A DNA stretch of 63,901 nucleotides, counting the filler. It is 5 parts of 5 records of this genome, joined end to end, with 100 filler letters (N's around TTAATTAATTAA, not from the genome) between each part and the next. Parts side by side here need not be neighbours in the genome. Positions count along the whole stretch, not along the records: positions 1 to 10,477 come from SRR22947727_3606; 4 more parts are not named here. One strand, given 5' to 3'. The position numbers and the translations under genes were made by a program. Numbering within the stretch: the stretch's first letter is position 1; each line of letters begins with the position of its first letter. Under the pieces are notes generated by a model. It made no database searches. It had not been told where the DNA came from and was given only the letters and a program-made list of their open reading frames with translations. Below are positions 1 through 10,477 of this stretch, piece after piece.

Positions 1-861
1 ATGGCCGTGCTGAACCCAGGTGATGTCGCGCTATATTGCGACCCTTATTATGCCACCTACCCCGGTACGCTCCGCGGCACTGGCGCTTTGGATCGTGCAA
101 TCCCATGCGATCCGGCGCATGACTTCCAGCCTCGCACGGCCGATCTTGAGGCCGCGGCCAAAGGCGCGCGGTCTTTGCTGGTCAATTCGCCCAACAATCC
201 AACCGGGGTGGTTTATGATCGCGCCACTTGGCAGGCCATCGCAAAAACCTGTATCACCCATGATCTTTGGCTCATCTCTGACGAGGTTTACGACACCCAA
301 GTCTGGCAGGGTGAACATATAAGCCCGCGAAGTCTACCTGACATGCAAGAGCGCACTTTGGTGATTGGTTCGATGTCAAAGAGCCACGCCATGACCGGAA
401 GCCGGATTGGCTGGATCTGTGGGCCGGTGCCTGTGATCGAGTATCTGACCAATTTCGCCACCCACACCACCTATGGGGTGCCGGGCTTCATTCAAGATGC
501 GGCAGAATTTGCACTCTCCCAGGGCCAAGAGTTAGAGGATGAGGTGGCCGCGCCCTTTCGGCGGCGACGGCGCATCGCCCTTGATCTGCTCACGCAGCAA
601 AATCTTGTGCGCGCTGTGCCTTGCTCGGGGGCGATGTATCTGATGCTGGACATGCGTGCCACCGGGCTGAGCGGTGAGGCCTTTGCCCATGCTTTGCTCG
701 ATGCACATCAAATTGCCGTCATGCCTGGCGAGAGCTTTGGTCAGGCCGCCGCCGGTCACATCCGCGTGGCCATGACCGTTGCCGATGATCAATTTTCCGA
801 AGCACTCGCGGTTTTATTGTCCTTTGCCGCTGAAATTTGCGAAAACAAAAGACGTTTTTGA
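1..861 (+). CDS. PLP-dependent aminotransferase class I/II (5'-truncated at window edge)
   Basis: Motifs NSPNNPTG, SDEVY and SMSKSHAMTGSRIG (PLP lysine). The N-terminal part is missing. Confidence 0.9.
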   Translation: MAVLNPGDVALYCDPYYATYPGTLRGTGALDRAIPCDPAHDFQPRTADLEAAAKGARSLLVNSPNNPTGVVYDRATWQAIAKTCITHDLWLISDEVYDTQVWQGEHISPRSLPDMQERTLVIGSMSKSHAMTGSRIGWICGPVPVIEYLTNFATHTTYGVPGFIQDAAEFALSQGQELEDEVAAPFRRRRRIALDLLTQQNLVRAVPCSGAMYLMLDMRATGLSGEAFAHALLDAHQIAVMPGESFGQAAAGHIRVAMTVADDQFSEALAVLLSFAAEICENKRRF

Positions 862-1062
862 ACCATAAGTCGCAAATGGAAAAGATTGTCGGTTTGGAGT
901 TTTTCACTCTAAAGCATGATTTCGAGATTTAAGACAGTGAGCTGGGTCTTCACCCTTACGGTGCGCACGATTGGGGCGAGCCGAGGACGTGCGGCGCGCG
1001 GGCGGCCAGGGCTCTAAACGGGCCTGCTTAGTTACTCTCAACACCACTCTTAGGATTTCCCC

Positions 1063-2598
1063 ATGACAGATACCCAAAACCGCCGCGCTGGTGGCCGGGC
1101 TGCGCGTAAAGCGGCCAGAGCTGCGCCCCTCTCCGATGCGATGCGTCCCGTCCGCCCCGGCATGCAAGGCGGCACTTATAAACCACTCACGCAATTGGAT
1201 ATGGAGCGCATCAATGAGGCGGCACTCACCGCCCTTGAAGAGATTGGTCTGGCCGATGCGCCGCAGTCGGGCATTGATATTATGGTCGGCGCCGGCGCTA
1301 TTCTTGGGGAGGATGGCCGCTTGCGCTACCCCCGTGCCTTGATCGAAGATATGCTGGCCAAAGCCAATCGCGAGATCACGCTGAGCGCGCGCAATCCGAA
1401 ACATGATCTGCACCTTAGCGAAAAGAAGGTCCATTACGGCACCGCAGGGGCTGCGGTGCATATGGTCGACGTACAAACCCGCAGCTACCGCGAATCCACC
1501 GTCCGCGATTTGCACAATGCCGCGCGAATTGTGGAGCATTTGGACAATATCCATTTCGTGCAAAGACCCATGGTCTGCCGCGATATTCTCGACAATCGAG
1601 AGATGGACCTCAACACGATATACGCCTGCGCCACCGGCACGGAAAAACACATTGGCACCTCCTTTACAGAGCCTGATTTTGTCGATGATGCCTTTGAAAT
1701 GCTGCATATGATTGCTGGCGGTGAGGACAAATGGCGCGAGCGCCCCTTTGTGTCCAATTCCAATTGCTTCGTCGTGCCACCGATGAAATTCGCGACCGAA
1801 AGCTGCCAGGTTATGGAGAAATGTATTGCAGGCGGCATGCCTATTTTGCTGCTCAGTGCCGGGCAAGCAGGCGCCACCGCCCCGGCGCCAATCGCCGGCG
1901 CGATTGTGCAAGCGGTTGCCGAATGTTTGGCGGGGCTGGTCTATGTCAATGCGATCAAACCCGGTCATCCGGCCATATTTGGAACCTGGCCCTTTGTCTC
2001 GGATCTGCGCACGGGGGCTATGTCCGGCGGATCTGGCGAGCAGGCCCTGCTCACGGCCGGCTGTGCGCAAATGCACCATTACTATGGCCTGCCCGGCGGC
2101 GCGGCGGCCGGCATTGCCGATGCCAAACTGCCCGATATGCAAGCGGGATGGGAGCAGGCCATGTCAAATGTCATGGCCGGACTGACCGGATTGAATATGG
2201 TCTATGAAGCGGCAGGTATGCATGCCTCCCTTCTAGGATTTTGCCATGAATCCCTTATCTTAGGCGATGATTTGCTGGGACAGGCGATGCGCTGCGTGCG
2301 CGGCATTGAGGTCAGTGAAGACACGGTGGGTCTCGAGACCATGCGCGCGACCTGTTTGGGCGGGCCGGGTCATTATCTGGGCTCTGATCAAACCCTATCC
2401 TTGATGCAAACTGAGTATATCTACCCGGTTTTGGCAGATCGCAGTTCCCCCAAAGAATGGCAGGAGAAAGATCGGCCGGACCTCATCGAACAGGCGGTGG
2501 CGCGAAAAGAGGCTTTGATTGCGGCTCCAACACCGGCCGCACTGCCGCCGGAGGTGGACGCGCAGATTCGCCAGCGCTTCAAAATTCATCTGAATTAA
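1063..2598 (+). CDS. Trimethylamine methyltransferase (MttB) family protein, non-pyrrolysine type
   Basis: Roseobacter-style N-terminus RRAGGRAARKAAR, plus GATAPAPIAGA, DLRTGAMSGGSGE and ADAKLPDMQAGWE. No in-frame TAG. Confidence 0.9.
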   Translation: MTDTQNRRAGGRAARKAARAAPLSDAMRPVRPGMQGGTYKPLTQLDMERINEAALTALEEIGLADAPQSGIDIMVGAGAILGEDGRLRYPRALIEDMLAKANREITLSARNPKHDLHLSEKKVHYGTAGAAVHMVDVQTRSYRESTVRDLHNAARIVEHLDNIHFVQRPMVCRDILDNREMDLNTIYACATGTEKHIGTSFTEPDFVDDAFEMLHMIAGGEDKWRERPFVSNSNCFVVPPMKFATESCQVMEKCIAGGMPILLLSAGQAGATAPAPIAGAIVQAVAECLAGLVYVNAIKPGHPAIFGTWPFVSDLRTGAMSGGSGEQALLTAGCAQMHHYYGLPGGAAAGIADAKLPDMQAGWEQAMSNVMAGLTGLNMVYEAAGMHASLLGFCHESLILGDDLLGQAMRCVRGIEVSEDTVGLETMRATCLGGPGHYLGSDQTLSLMQTEYIYPVLADRSSPKEWQEKDRPDLIEQAVARKEALIAAPTPAALPPEVDAQIRQRFKIHLN

Positions 2599-2608
2599 AC
2601 GGTCTTTT

Positions 2609-2638
2609 GCGGGCGGTTTATTTATCCGCCCGCTTTTT
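2609..2638 (+). terminator. Probable intrinsic terminator between convergent genes
   Basis: GCGGGCGG-N9-CCGCCCGC followed by TTTTT. Confidence 0.55.
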
Positions 2639-4436
2639 CCTCCAGCTCAAGCCACTGCGCTTCAGCTGCCGCCAAAGCCTCCTGCCGCTCGAGCAAAAGC
2701 GCGGTGGCTTTGTTGAATTTTACCGGCTGCTCGGTAAAGAGATTTGGCTGACCTAGGAACTCTTCTAATTTACCAATCTCAGCTTCAATGCGGGCAATTT
2801 CAGCTGGCAAAGCCTCCAAACGATGTTTTTCTGTAAAAGACAGGGCCGTTTTCACCTCCGCCGTCTCCATCTTAGTCTTTATCGTGCTTTGTTTCGCCGC
2901 GTGTTTGGCCGTTTTGCGGCCCGCGGCGCTGGGTTTTTGTGCCTGATAATCGCTCCAGCCGCCTGCATAGACAGTGGCCTTGCCACCGGGCTCTAACGCG
3001 ATGGTTGTGGTGGCGACGCGGTCGAGAAAGTCACGGTCATGGCTGACCAGCAAGACCGTGCCGTCATAATCGCCCAGAACATCTTGCAGCAGATCTAGAG
3101 TTTCAATGTCAAGATCATTGGTCGGCTCATCGAGAATCAATAAGTTACTTTCCTGTGCCATCAGGCGGGCCAGCAAGAGCCGCGCTTTTTCTCCCCCTGA
3201 CAGCGCCCGAACTGGCGCGCGCATTTGCTCTTCGGCAAATAGAAAATCTTTAAGATAGCCGACCACATGTTTCGGAGTGCCCCGCACCATAATTTGATCG
3301 GACCGGCCTGAGACCGCCATGGTCGGATCGCTGGTCAGCGCTTCCCAAAGGCTGAGATCAGGATCCAGCTTGGTACGACCTTGGTCAAATACCGCAATTT
3401 GCAGGTTTGTGCCCAGCTTCACGCTGCCCCGGTCAGGGGCCTGTTCCCCCAAAAGCGTTTTGATCAAAGTGGTCTTGCCAACCCCATTCGGGCCAACGAG
3501 CGCCACGCGATCTTTGCGCTGAACCGTCAGTGAAAAATCTTTCAAAATCTCCAATTCACCAAAGGCCAGATCCAGGTTTTTGGCCTCAATCACCTTTGCC
3601 CCAGATTTTTGACCCGAATCAAACGCCATAGCGGCCGTGGATTGCCGGTTGATTTGCGCCGCCCGCTCGGCCCGCAGCTCGCCCAAGGCCCGCACGCGCC
3701 CTTGGTTGCGTTTACGCCGGGCAGAGATGCCCTCCACCGCCCAACGGGCCTCCGCTTTGATCTTGCGATTGAGCTTGTGCCTTTGTTGATCTTCTTCTTC
3801 CCAGGTTTTGTCGCGCCAGGCTTCAAAACTTCCAAACCCTTGCTCAAGGCGGCGCACCGCGCCCCGGTCGATCCACAGGGTCGCGCGGGTTAGAGCGGTT
3901 AAAAAGGCCCGGTCGTGGGAGATCACAACAAAACTATTTCGGCTTTCGCGCAAAGTGGTTTCTAACCAGGAAATTGCTTCAATATCAAGATGGTTGGTCG
4001 GCTCGTCCAGAAGCATCAACTCGGGATCTTCCGCCATGAGCTTGGCCAAAGCCGCCCGCCGCAGCTCACCGCCGGAGGCGGTTTTCACCGGACGATCTGG
4101 ATCGAACTTCAACCCTTCCGCGGCAATCTCAACCTTATAATGCTCAGAGACATCAAGCGCCGAAAGGGCAAAATCTCCCAGCGTCTCAAACTGTGACAAA
4201 TCGGGGTCCTGCTCCATATAGCCGACGCTGACGCCGGGCGGGATCACCCGATGTCCAGTATCGGCCTCAACCAACCCGGCCATGACCTTCATCAAAGTAG
4301 ATTTACCTGATCCATTTCGTCCCACCAACGAGAGACGATCGCCCGTCTGAACGACGAAGCCGAGATCGGAAAAGATCGGGTGACCGCCAAAGGTCAGCGA
4401 TATATCGGAAAGTTGGATCAAAGGTGCACGTGCCAT
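2622..4436 (-). CDS. uup: ABC-F family ATPase (Uup-like)
   Basis: Two ABC domains (GRNGSGKST, GPNGVGKTT; LSGGE; DEPTN), no transmembrane segments, C-terminal coiled coil. Confidence 0.85.
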   Translation of the reverse strand: MARAPLIQLSDISLTFGGHPIFSDLGFVVQTGDRLSLVGRNGSGKSTLMKVMAGLVEADTGHRVIPPGVSVGYMEQDPDLSQFETLGDFALSALDVSEHYKVEIAAEGLKFDPDRPVKTASGGELRRAALAKLMAEDPELMLLDEPTNHLDIEAISWLETTLRESRNSFVVISHDRAFLTALTRATLWIDRGAVRRLEQGFGSFEAWRDKTWEEEDQQRHKLNRKIKAEARWAVEGISARRKRNQGRVRALGELRAERAAQINRQSTAAMAFDSGQKSGAKVIEAKNLDLAFGELEILKDFSLTVQRKDRVALVGPNGVGKTTLIKTLLGEQAPDRGSVKLGTNLQIAVFDQGRTKLDPDLSLWEALTSDPTMAVSGRSDQIMVRGTPKHVVGYLKDFLFAEEQMRAPVRALSGGEKARLLLARLMAQESNLLILDEPTNDLDIETLDLLQDVLGDYDGTVLLVSHDRDFLDRVATTTIALEPGGKATVYAGGWSDYQAQKPSAAGRKTAKHAAKQSTIKTKMETAEVKTALSFTEKHRLEALPAEIARIEAEIGKLEEFLGQPNLFTEQPVKFNKATALLLERQEALAAAEAQWLELEEKAGG

Positions 4437-4467
4437 AGGCAGCAGCTAGGCGCTCACGGCCGCGGCG

Positions 4468-5220
4468 TCAATGCGCGGCGAAGATTGCGCGCAAACGCTG
4501 CGCTCTTTTTTGTGGAACTTGCGCCACATTCAAACCAGTAAAGAGCAATGTGGTCCCCAAATCCGGGTCAATGACCGCGTGATCGCTCACTTTTCCACCA
4601 AGTCCCAAATAGGCCCGCAAAAGCGGCGGCAAATTGGGCGCACCACCGTCCTTGTGATCCTCCAATGCCTGCGCCAATCGATAGCCGCCATGAAAGACAG
4701 GGCGCCAGCTGTGCGGTGCAATATGGTCGTTACGACAAAGATAGCGAAAACCCGCGCTATGTGTTTGGGGCTGCGTGCCTGCAAATGAGCTGCACCCAAA
4801 GAGAAATGACACATTGTTTTGATCGACCAGCTGCGTGACAACGCCCCAGGCCAGGCGAAAAATATCCGAATTCCCCCTCTGTGGATCAATGGCAAAACGC
4901 CCCAATTCCAGCACGGGCCTGTCAAATACGCGCAGCGGTGACAGATCGAAAAACTGTGCTGAATATCCGTGCACTGCGGCTGTGCCGCTTGGAAAAATTT
5001 CAAGCCGAAAGCAACCTAACATTTCATTTTTATCAATGTTTTTAATGCAAAAGTTTAAGTAAGTCTCATCCCAAATATCACGGTCATCCCCCTGCATCCC
5101 CCCGCGAAAAATCGCATTGCGGAATTGCCACAGCTGCCCAAGGCTCCGAGCCGTTTGGCACAGCTAGACCTTAAGACCACCGCGGGTGAAATTTTGGAAT
5201 TGAAGCTCTGGGCGCCCCAT
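4468..5220 (-). pseudogene. GNAT N-acyltransferase (OlsB / ornithine-lipid synthase-like) with in-frame TAG at 5164-5166; open ORF 4468-5097
   Basis: Motifs LELGRF, FGCSSFAG and LPPLLRAYLGLGG..SDHAVID. The frame extends 41 codons upstream to an ATG at 5220, interrupted by a single TAG. Confidence 0.6.
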
Positions 5221-5326
5221 GATCCATGACTATCCATTTGTAAAATAATAACAATATTATATTGCGCAATCGGCTGGTGCACTACCGATAAATGCGTATC
5301 ATGGGGCAAAACTGTTTGGAGGTTCT

Positions 5327-5725
5327 ATGGCTGATATCGAAAAAACGGATCGTGAGTGGCAGGAAATGCTGTCTCCACTGGCCTATAAGGTCACGCGCAA
5401 GCATGGCACAGAGCGGGCTTTCAGCCACGACAACTTTCCAAAAGAGGCGGGATATTTTGCCTGCGTTTGCTGCGGCGCAACCTTGTTTTCACAAGATGAT
5501 AAATTTGACAGCGGTACGGGATGGCCCTCCTTTACCCAACCCATGGCGGGTGCTCCAATTGGCGAAAGCATTGATAATTCGTGGTTCTCCACACGCACAG
5601 AGGTGCATTGCGCAACCTGCTCTGCGCATTTGGGCCATGTCTTTCCCGATGGGCCGGCGCCGACTGGCTTGCGGTATTGTATGAACGGCGTTGCGCTCAC
5701 GTTCCACAGGGATGCAGCAGATTAA
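5327..5725 (+). CDS. msrB: Peptide methionine (R)-S-oxide reductase
   Basis: KFDSGTGWPSF, HLGHVFPDGP and RYCMNG motifs, two CxxC. Confidence 0.97.
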   Translation: MADIEKTDREWQEMLSPLAYKVTRKHGTERAFSHDNFPKEAGYFACVCCGATLFSQDDKFDSGTGWPSFTQPMAGAPIGESIDNSWFSTRTEVHCATCSAHLGHVFPDGPAPTGLRYCMNGVALTFHRDAAD

Positions 5726-6171
5726 GGCTCGCGCAAAATGTCGCTGGCATCGAAGCGTCCGATGTTGCCAAGCAATTGCTGCAGGAAGGAAATTTCTTCC
5801 GTGCCGCCGTCGGTAACCCGCCGCGTCAGAGCCACAATCTCACCATCCTCAAGGCTGTAACGGCTGACGTTTGTCACAACCTCGGCCGAATCCAACGCGA
5901 CGGCCACTATATCACGGGAAATAGGCTCGGGCGGGTTCATGCCATAATGCCGCCAGCGGCTTGAAATATAATAGAGCCGGCCTGTTTCTGTGTCAGAAAT
6001 CGTGGGCACGCCCAGAGTTTCCTCTGCCGTTGCGCGCGTATCCACGCCCACCACTAGATTCGCCAGCTGCGCTTCGGACGGCGTGTAGCCATGGTTGCGA
6101 TAGACCGGCGTACAAGATATGGCCGCGAAAAGACAGAACCCAACCACAGTGGTCTTTGTTTTATTTAGCAT
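5722..6171 (-). CDS. bamE: Outer membrane assembly lipoprotein BamE/SmpA
   Basis: Lipobox-like ISC followed by TPVYRNHGY; C-terminal FLQQLLGNIG; typical position next to yceD. Start moved to ATG 6171. Confidence 0.85.
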   Translation of the reverse strand: MLNKTKTTVVGFCLFAAISCTPVYRNHGYTPSEAQLANLVVGVDTRATAEETLGVPTISDTETGRLYYISSRWRHYGMNPPEPISRDIVAVALDSAEVVTNVSRYSLEDGEIVALTRRVTDGGTEEISFLQQLLGNIGRFDASDILREP

Positions 6172-6259
6172 GAGTGTCCCTGTTGTCTTGCGAGAATAGC
6201 CCTCGCCAATTATGACTATGCTATCGAAGCCTAAATATGAATTCAAGAATGGAGCGCAG

Positions 6260-6802
6260 ATGCGGCCAAACCATGCTCACCCACGCCTCGAGTTGAAACA
6301 CCTGGTGCAAAACAGAGGCGTTAACTTCGATCTGACACTTCCAGAGGCGGAGATTTCCGAGATTGTCGAGCAATTGGATCTGCTTAGCCTACGAAAAATT
6401 AAGTTTTCCGGAGTAATTCTGCCCATCGGAAAGGGCGATTGGGGGCTGTCGGGCGAATTGGGCGCGACGGTGGAGCAGGCCTGCAGCCTGACCCTCGCCC
6501 CGGTGCGCAGCCGTATCGACACGCCGGTTGTCCGCAATTTCCGTAAGTCTCCGATCACCTTGAGCCATTCGGGCCCCGAGCATGAAATTCCAGAGGATGA
6601 CAGTGAAGAACAATTGGAAGATGTCATTGACCTTGCACGGGTGTTTTCAGAAGCGCTATCACTTGCCTTGCCCGATTATCCCCGCGCCGAAGGGGCCGAG
6701 CTCAAAACTGCCGAATTTGCCCCGCCCGGAGTGACGCCGCTCACCGATGAGGCGGCCAGACCCTTTTCAGTGCTGGCAGGCTTGAAGGATAAGCTCCAGT
6801 AA
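6260..6802 (+). CDS. YceD / DUF177 family protein
   Basis: QACSLTLAP, EALSLALPDYPR and PFSVLAGLK motifs; lies upstream of rpmF. Confidence 0.85.
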   Translation: MRPNHAHPRLELKHLVQNRGVNFDLTLPEAEISEIVEQLDLLSLRKIKFSGVILPIGKGDWGLSGELGATVEQACSLTLAPVRSRIDTPVVRNFRKSPITLSHSGPEHEIPEDDSEEQLEDVIDLARVFSEALSLALPDYPRAEGAELKTAEFAPPGVTPLTDEAARPFSVLAGLKDKLQ

Positions 6803-7010
6803 CTGCATGATGAAACAGAGGTTTGTAGAATTTTTTTGAAAAATCGCAGGAAATATATAGGATCTGCGCCGTTTGGGGCTTGAAATAATACTCAATCCAA
6901 GTAATTAAGCGCCACTTAAGGTGCCGAGCTGGGCTCAGTGCTTTTGTTTGGCGACGACGCGCCAAATTCAGTATTAACAGGGCGTAACGCCCCTAGCTCG
7001 AGGTTGTGAC

Positions 7011-7217
7011 ATGGCTGTCCCAAAAAGTAAGATTACACGTAGCCGTCGTGGCATGCGACGCTCACATGACGCACTTGTTGCGGCAAACCCTAATGAATGC
7101 ACAAACTGCGGTGAGCTGAAGCGTCCGCATCACGTTTGCGCATCTTGCGGTCACTATGATGATCGCGAAGTGATTGCGACGACTGAGGAAGTAGATCTCG
7201 ACGAAGACGCGGCATAA
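7011..7217 (+). CDS. rpmF: 50S ribosomal protein L32
   Basis: [19 protein letters not shown] with CxxC...CxxC. Confidence 0.98.
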   Translation: MAVPKSKITRSRRGMRRSHDALVAANPNECTNCGELKRPHHVCASCGHYDDREVIATTEEVDLDEDAA

Positions 7218-7246
7218 GCGCCCGTATTCAAAGGGAATACATCTCA

Positions 7247-8332
7247 ATGACGGACACCCAAACCATCGCTGACGGAACCAACTCGAATGTTGTCGTATCC
7301 GTCGATGCCATGGGGGGAGACAAAGGGCCCGGTGTGATTATCGCCGGGCTTTTGCGTGCGGTGCACACACATTCTAATATCCGGTTTCTGGTGCATGGCC
7401 CTCAAGCGGTATTGGCGCCTCTGATTGACAAGCACAATCTCGAAGAGTTTTGCACCATTGTGCATGCTGAGCGCACCGTTTCCATGGATGACAAGCCAAG
7501 CCAAGTGATGCGCCATGGCAAGGGCACCTCAATGTGGTCAGCCGTGACTTCGGTCAAACAAAAAGAGGCCGATGCCTGTGTTTCTTGCGGCAATACCGGC
7601 GCTTTGATGGCCATTTCAATGGTGCGCCTGCGTAAATTGGCAGGAATCAACCGGCCTGCGATTGCGATTCTCTGGCCGTCTTTTGGACCAAACGGATCCA
7701 ATGTAATGCTTGATGTGGGCGCAGATGTGCGTGCAGATGAAAGTGATTTGTTACAATTTGCCCTGATGGGCGCGTCTTACTCGCGCAATGGTTTTGCCGT
7801 GAAACGGCCGCGAGTTGGACTTCTCAACGTTGGCACGGAAGAGCATAAGGGCCGCGCCGAGCTGAAGGCTGCACATGATCTCATCAAAGAGTCAGCGGAG
7901 AGCGGACAGTTTGAATTCGTAGGCTTTGTCGAGGGTGGGGATATCCCATCAGACCGGGTCGATGTGATCGTAACCGACGGATTTACAGGCAATGTTGCGC
8001 TGAAAACCGCCGAAGGCACCGCGAGCTTTATCGGCACAGCCCTGCGTCAATCTTTTAAACATAATTTGCTCGCCAAACTCTCTGCGATCTTAGCCTATGG
8101 TCCGCTAAGCCGCCTCAAGCGCACCACAGACCCGCGCCGGGTCAACGGCGGCGTGTTCTTAGGGCTCAATGGCACGGTGGTAAAATCCCATGGCGCGGCT
8201 GACGCAACAGGAGTTGCGGCGGCGGTTGGCCTGGCCTATCGTTTAGGTTCAGCAAAGTTTAGCACCAAGCTCGCCGCGCGTGTGGCTTCGGTCAATGGGT
8301 TCGCAGAGGACCACGAAGAAGACGGGAACTAA
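7247..8332 (+). CDS. plsX: Phosphate acyltransferase PlsX
   Basis: VDAMGGD, GNTGA, DGFTGNVALK and VKSHG motifs. Confidence 0.97.
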   Translation: MTDTQTIADGTNSNVVVSVDAMGGDKGPGVIIAGLLRAVHTHSNIRFLVHGPQAVLAPLIDKHNLEEFCTIVHAERTVSMDDKPSQVMRHGKGTSMWSAVTSVKQKEADACVSCGNTGALMAISMVRLRKLAGINRPAIAILWPSFGPNGSNVMLDVGADVRADESDLLQFALMGASYSRNGFAVKRPRVGLLNVGTEEHKGRAELKAAHDLIKESAESGQFEFVGFVEGGDIPSDRVDVIVTDGFTGNVALKTAEGTASFIGTALRQSFKHNLLAKLSAILAYGPLSRLKRTTDPRRVNGGVFLGLNGTVVKSHGAADATGVAAAVGLAYRLGSAKFSTKLAARVASVNGFAEDHEEDGN

Positions 8333-8334
8333 CG

Positions 8335-9297
8335 ATGCGCAGAGCAGTTGTTGAATCCATTGGCCACTACCTTCCCGAACGCGTGGTGGAAAACTCCGAA
8401 TTTGAAGCAACGCTGGACACCAATGACGCCTGGATCCGCAGCCGCACCGGCATCGAACGTCGCCATTTCGCCGCTGAAGGGGAAACAACCTCTGATATGG
8501 GCATCAAAGCCGCTCAAGCAGCTTTGGCCAATGCCGGCCGCAGCGTCGAGGACGTCGATGCCATAATTCTGGCAACCTCAACCGCCGACCTAACCTTCCC
8601 CTCCGCCGCCACAATGGTGCAGCATGGGCTTGGTATGAACCATGGGTTCGCCTTTGACGTGCAAGCGGTCTGTGCGGGATTTTTGTTTGCCTTGAACACC
8701 GCAAATTCCATGATTGCCAGCGGTCAGGCCAATCGCATTTTGGTCATCGGCGCGGAGACATTTTCAAAACTGATGGATTGGACCGATCGCGGGACCTGCG
8801 TGTTGTTTGGCGATGGCGCTGGCGCCATGTTAATTGCCGCGCAGGAGGATGAAACCTCTGACCGCGGAATTCTGGCCACCACATTGCGCTCGGATGGGCG
8901 CTACAAAGACATTCTTTACGTCGATGGTGGCGTATCCATGCAAACCACTGGGCATCTGCGTATGCAGGGCAAAGAAGTTTTTCGTCATGCGGTCGAGAAA
9001 CTCTCAAACACGGCGCTTGAGGCAATTGAAGCGGCCGGTCTGACCACGGACGATGTGGATTGGATCGTACCACATCAGGCCAACAAACGCATTTTGGAAG
9101 GAATGTCCAAACGCCTCAAAGTCCCTATGGACCGAGTCGTTATGACCGTAAACAACCATGGCAACACCTCTGCGGCCTCTATTCCTCTTGCGATGGCAGT
9201 GGCCGCCCAGGACAAACGCATCAAACAAGGCGATATTGTGGTCACAGGCGCCATTGGCGGCGGTCTGGCCTGGGGAACCGCGGTTATTCGCTGGTAA
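8335..9297 (+). CDS. fabH: Beta-ketoacyl-ACP synthase III
   Basis: Catalytic motifs AVCAGF, PHQAN and HGNTSAAS. Confidence 0.97.
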   Translation: MRRAVVESIGHYLPERVVENSEFEATLDTNDAWIRSRTGIERRHFAAEGETTSDMGIKAAQAALANAGRSVEDVDAIILATSTADLTFPSAATMVQHGLGMNHGFAFDVQAVCAGFLFALNTANSMIASGQANRILVIGAETFSKLMDWTDRGTCVLFGDGAGAMLIAAQEDETSDRGILATTLRSDGRYKDILYVDGGVSMQTTGHLRMQGKEVFRHAVEKLSNTALEAIEAAGLTTDDVDWIVPHQANKRILEGMSKRLKVPMDRVVMTVNNHGNTSAASIPLAMAVAAQDKRIKQGDIVVTGAIGGGLAWGTAVIRW

Positions 9298-9377
9298 ATG
9301 ACCCCAAATCAGGACTTTTAGTTGCCAAGGTTTTTTATCCCTCTATAATTACAGTGTAGTAACAAGGGGGAACATAA

Positions 9378-9680
9378 ATGGCGTCGAACACACTCACACG
9401 GATGGATCTCAGTGAAGCGGTTTTCCGCGAAGTCGGACTGTCTCGCAATGAATCTGCCGATTTGGTGGAATCTGTTTTGAAGCATATTTCAGACGCATTG
9501 GTCGCTGGCGAATCTGTAAAAATTTCATCCTTTGGCACCTTCGGCATTCGCGATAAATCCGCGCGTATCGGCCGCAACCCCAAAACGGGTGAAGAGGCCC
9601 CTATCACTCCGCGTAGGGTTTTGACCTTCCGCCCCTCGCATTTGATGAAAGACCGGGTTGCCAAAGGCAACAAAGGGTAA
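9378..9680 (+). CDS. ihfA: Integration host factor alpha
   Basis: ISSFGTF..R.GRNPKTG; conserved fabH-ihfA-merR order. Confidence 0.95.
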   Translation: MASNTLTRMDLSEAVFREVGLSRNESADLVESVLKHISDALVAGESVKISSFGTFGIRDKSARIGRNPKTGEEAPITPRRVLTFRPSHLMKDRVAKGNKG

Positions 9681-9685
9681 TCAAC

Positions 9686-10369
9686 GTGGCTAAATCGCCG
9701 GATGCTTTCAGAACCATAAGCGAAGTTGCGACATGGCTTGGAACACAGGCGCATGTACTGCGATTTTGGGAAAGCAAATTTGATGCCGTCGCCCCCGTGC
9801 AGCGCACAGGGGGGCGGCGATATTATCGCTTGGAAGATATGCTCTTGCTTGGGGGAATAAAATTCCTCCTTCATGAACAGCGTATGACCATCAAAGCCGT
9901 GCAAAATCTCCTGAAAGTCGAGGGGGTGGCACATGTGCAGAGCTTCTCGCCTGCCATTGAGAGCGCGGCACAACACACAGATCCACCCCCCAAGGCCGCT
10001 CAAGAAACAGCAGCCACGCCGACAGAAAATGTGGTTGATCTGCAATTTGATCCGATAAAACTGAGCCAATCTGTTGTATTGGGCGCACGCGAAGAGCGGG
10101 CTGAGGATGACACTCAGCTGCTGTTGTTTCCAGAATTGGCAGATGAGGCGCCGCCGGCAGATACAAAAGTCGCGCCGATGCGTCCCGATCCTGCCCCCGT
10201 CAAGGCCTTGGGCACAGATTTGCCGACCGAGGATCCAGCGCTCACCAGTTTTCCAGGCACCGCCGGGCTGATAACACAGGCCCTGCAACGGCCCACTGAC
10301 ACCCGCCTGCGGTGGTCACCAAAGATTATTGATGAATTGCGCGCCTTGCAGGCAAAGATGAGCGCATAA
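9686..10369 (+). CDS. MerR-family HTH regulator with low-complexity C-terminus
   Basis: [32 protein letters not shown] start. Confidence 0.9.
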   Translation: MAKSPDAFRTISEVATWLGTQAHVLRFWESKFDAVAPVQRTGGRRYYRLEDMLLLGGIKFLLHEQRMTIKAVQNLLKVEGVAHVQSFSPAIESAAQHTDPPPKAAQETAATPTENVVDLQFDPIKLSQSVVLGAREERAEDDTQLLLFPELADEAPPADTKVAPMRPDPAPVKALGTDLPTEDPALTSFPGTAGLITQALQRPTDTRLRWSPKIIDELRALQAKMSA

Positions 10370-10393
10370 GTGAAATTCGAACACATAATAGGC

Positions 10394-10421
10394 TTGCTCC
10401 CGTCGCCGGGATTGATATACG
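10394..10421 (+). promoter_or_regulatory. Putative sigma70 promoter of the tRNA
   Basis: TTGCTC-N16-TATACG, ending 10 bp before the tRNA. Confidence 0.45.
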
Positions 10422-10431
10422 GCCTCATGTT

Positions 10432-10477
10432 CGGGCTATGGCGCAGCCTGGTAGCGCGTCCGTCTGGGGGACGGAAG
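10432..10477 (+). tRNA. tRNA-Pro(GGG), 3'-truncated by contig end
   Basis: CGGGCTATGGCGCAGCCTGGTAGCGCG followed by anticodon arm TCCGT-CTGGGGG-ACGGA. Confidence 0.92.

Noticed and set aside
904-2142. Long antisense or alternate-frame ORFs (also 9335-10288, 13571-14347, 15052-15789, 16384-17208, 23882-24787)
   Set aside because: They are shadows of well-supported genes and have no recognisable motifs.
1063-5220. Pyrrolysine recoding (MttB family gene near an in-frame TAG)
   Set aside because: The MttB homologue has no TAG, no pyl genes are present, and the TAG is in an unrelated GNAT gene.
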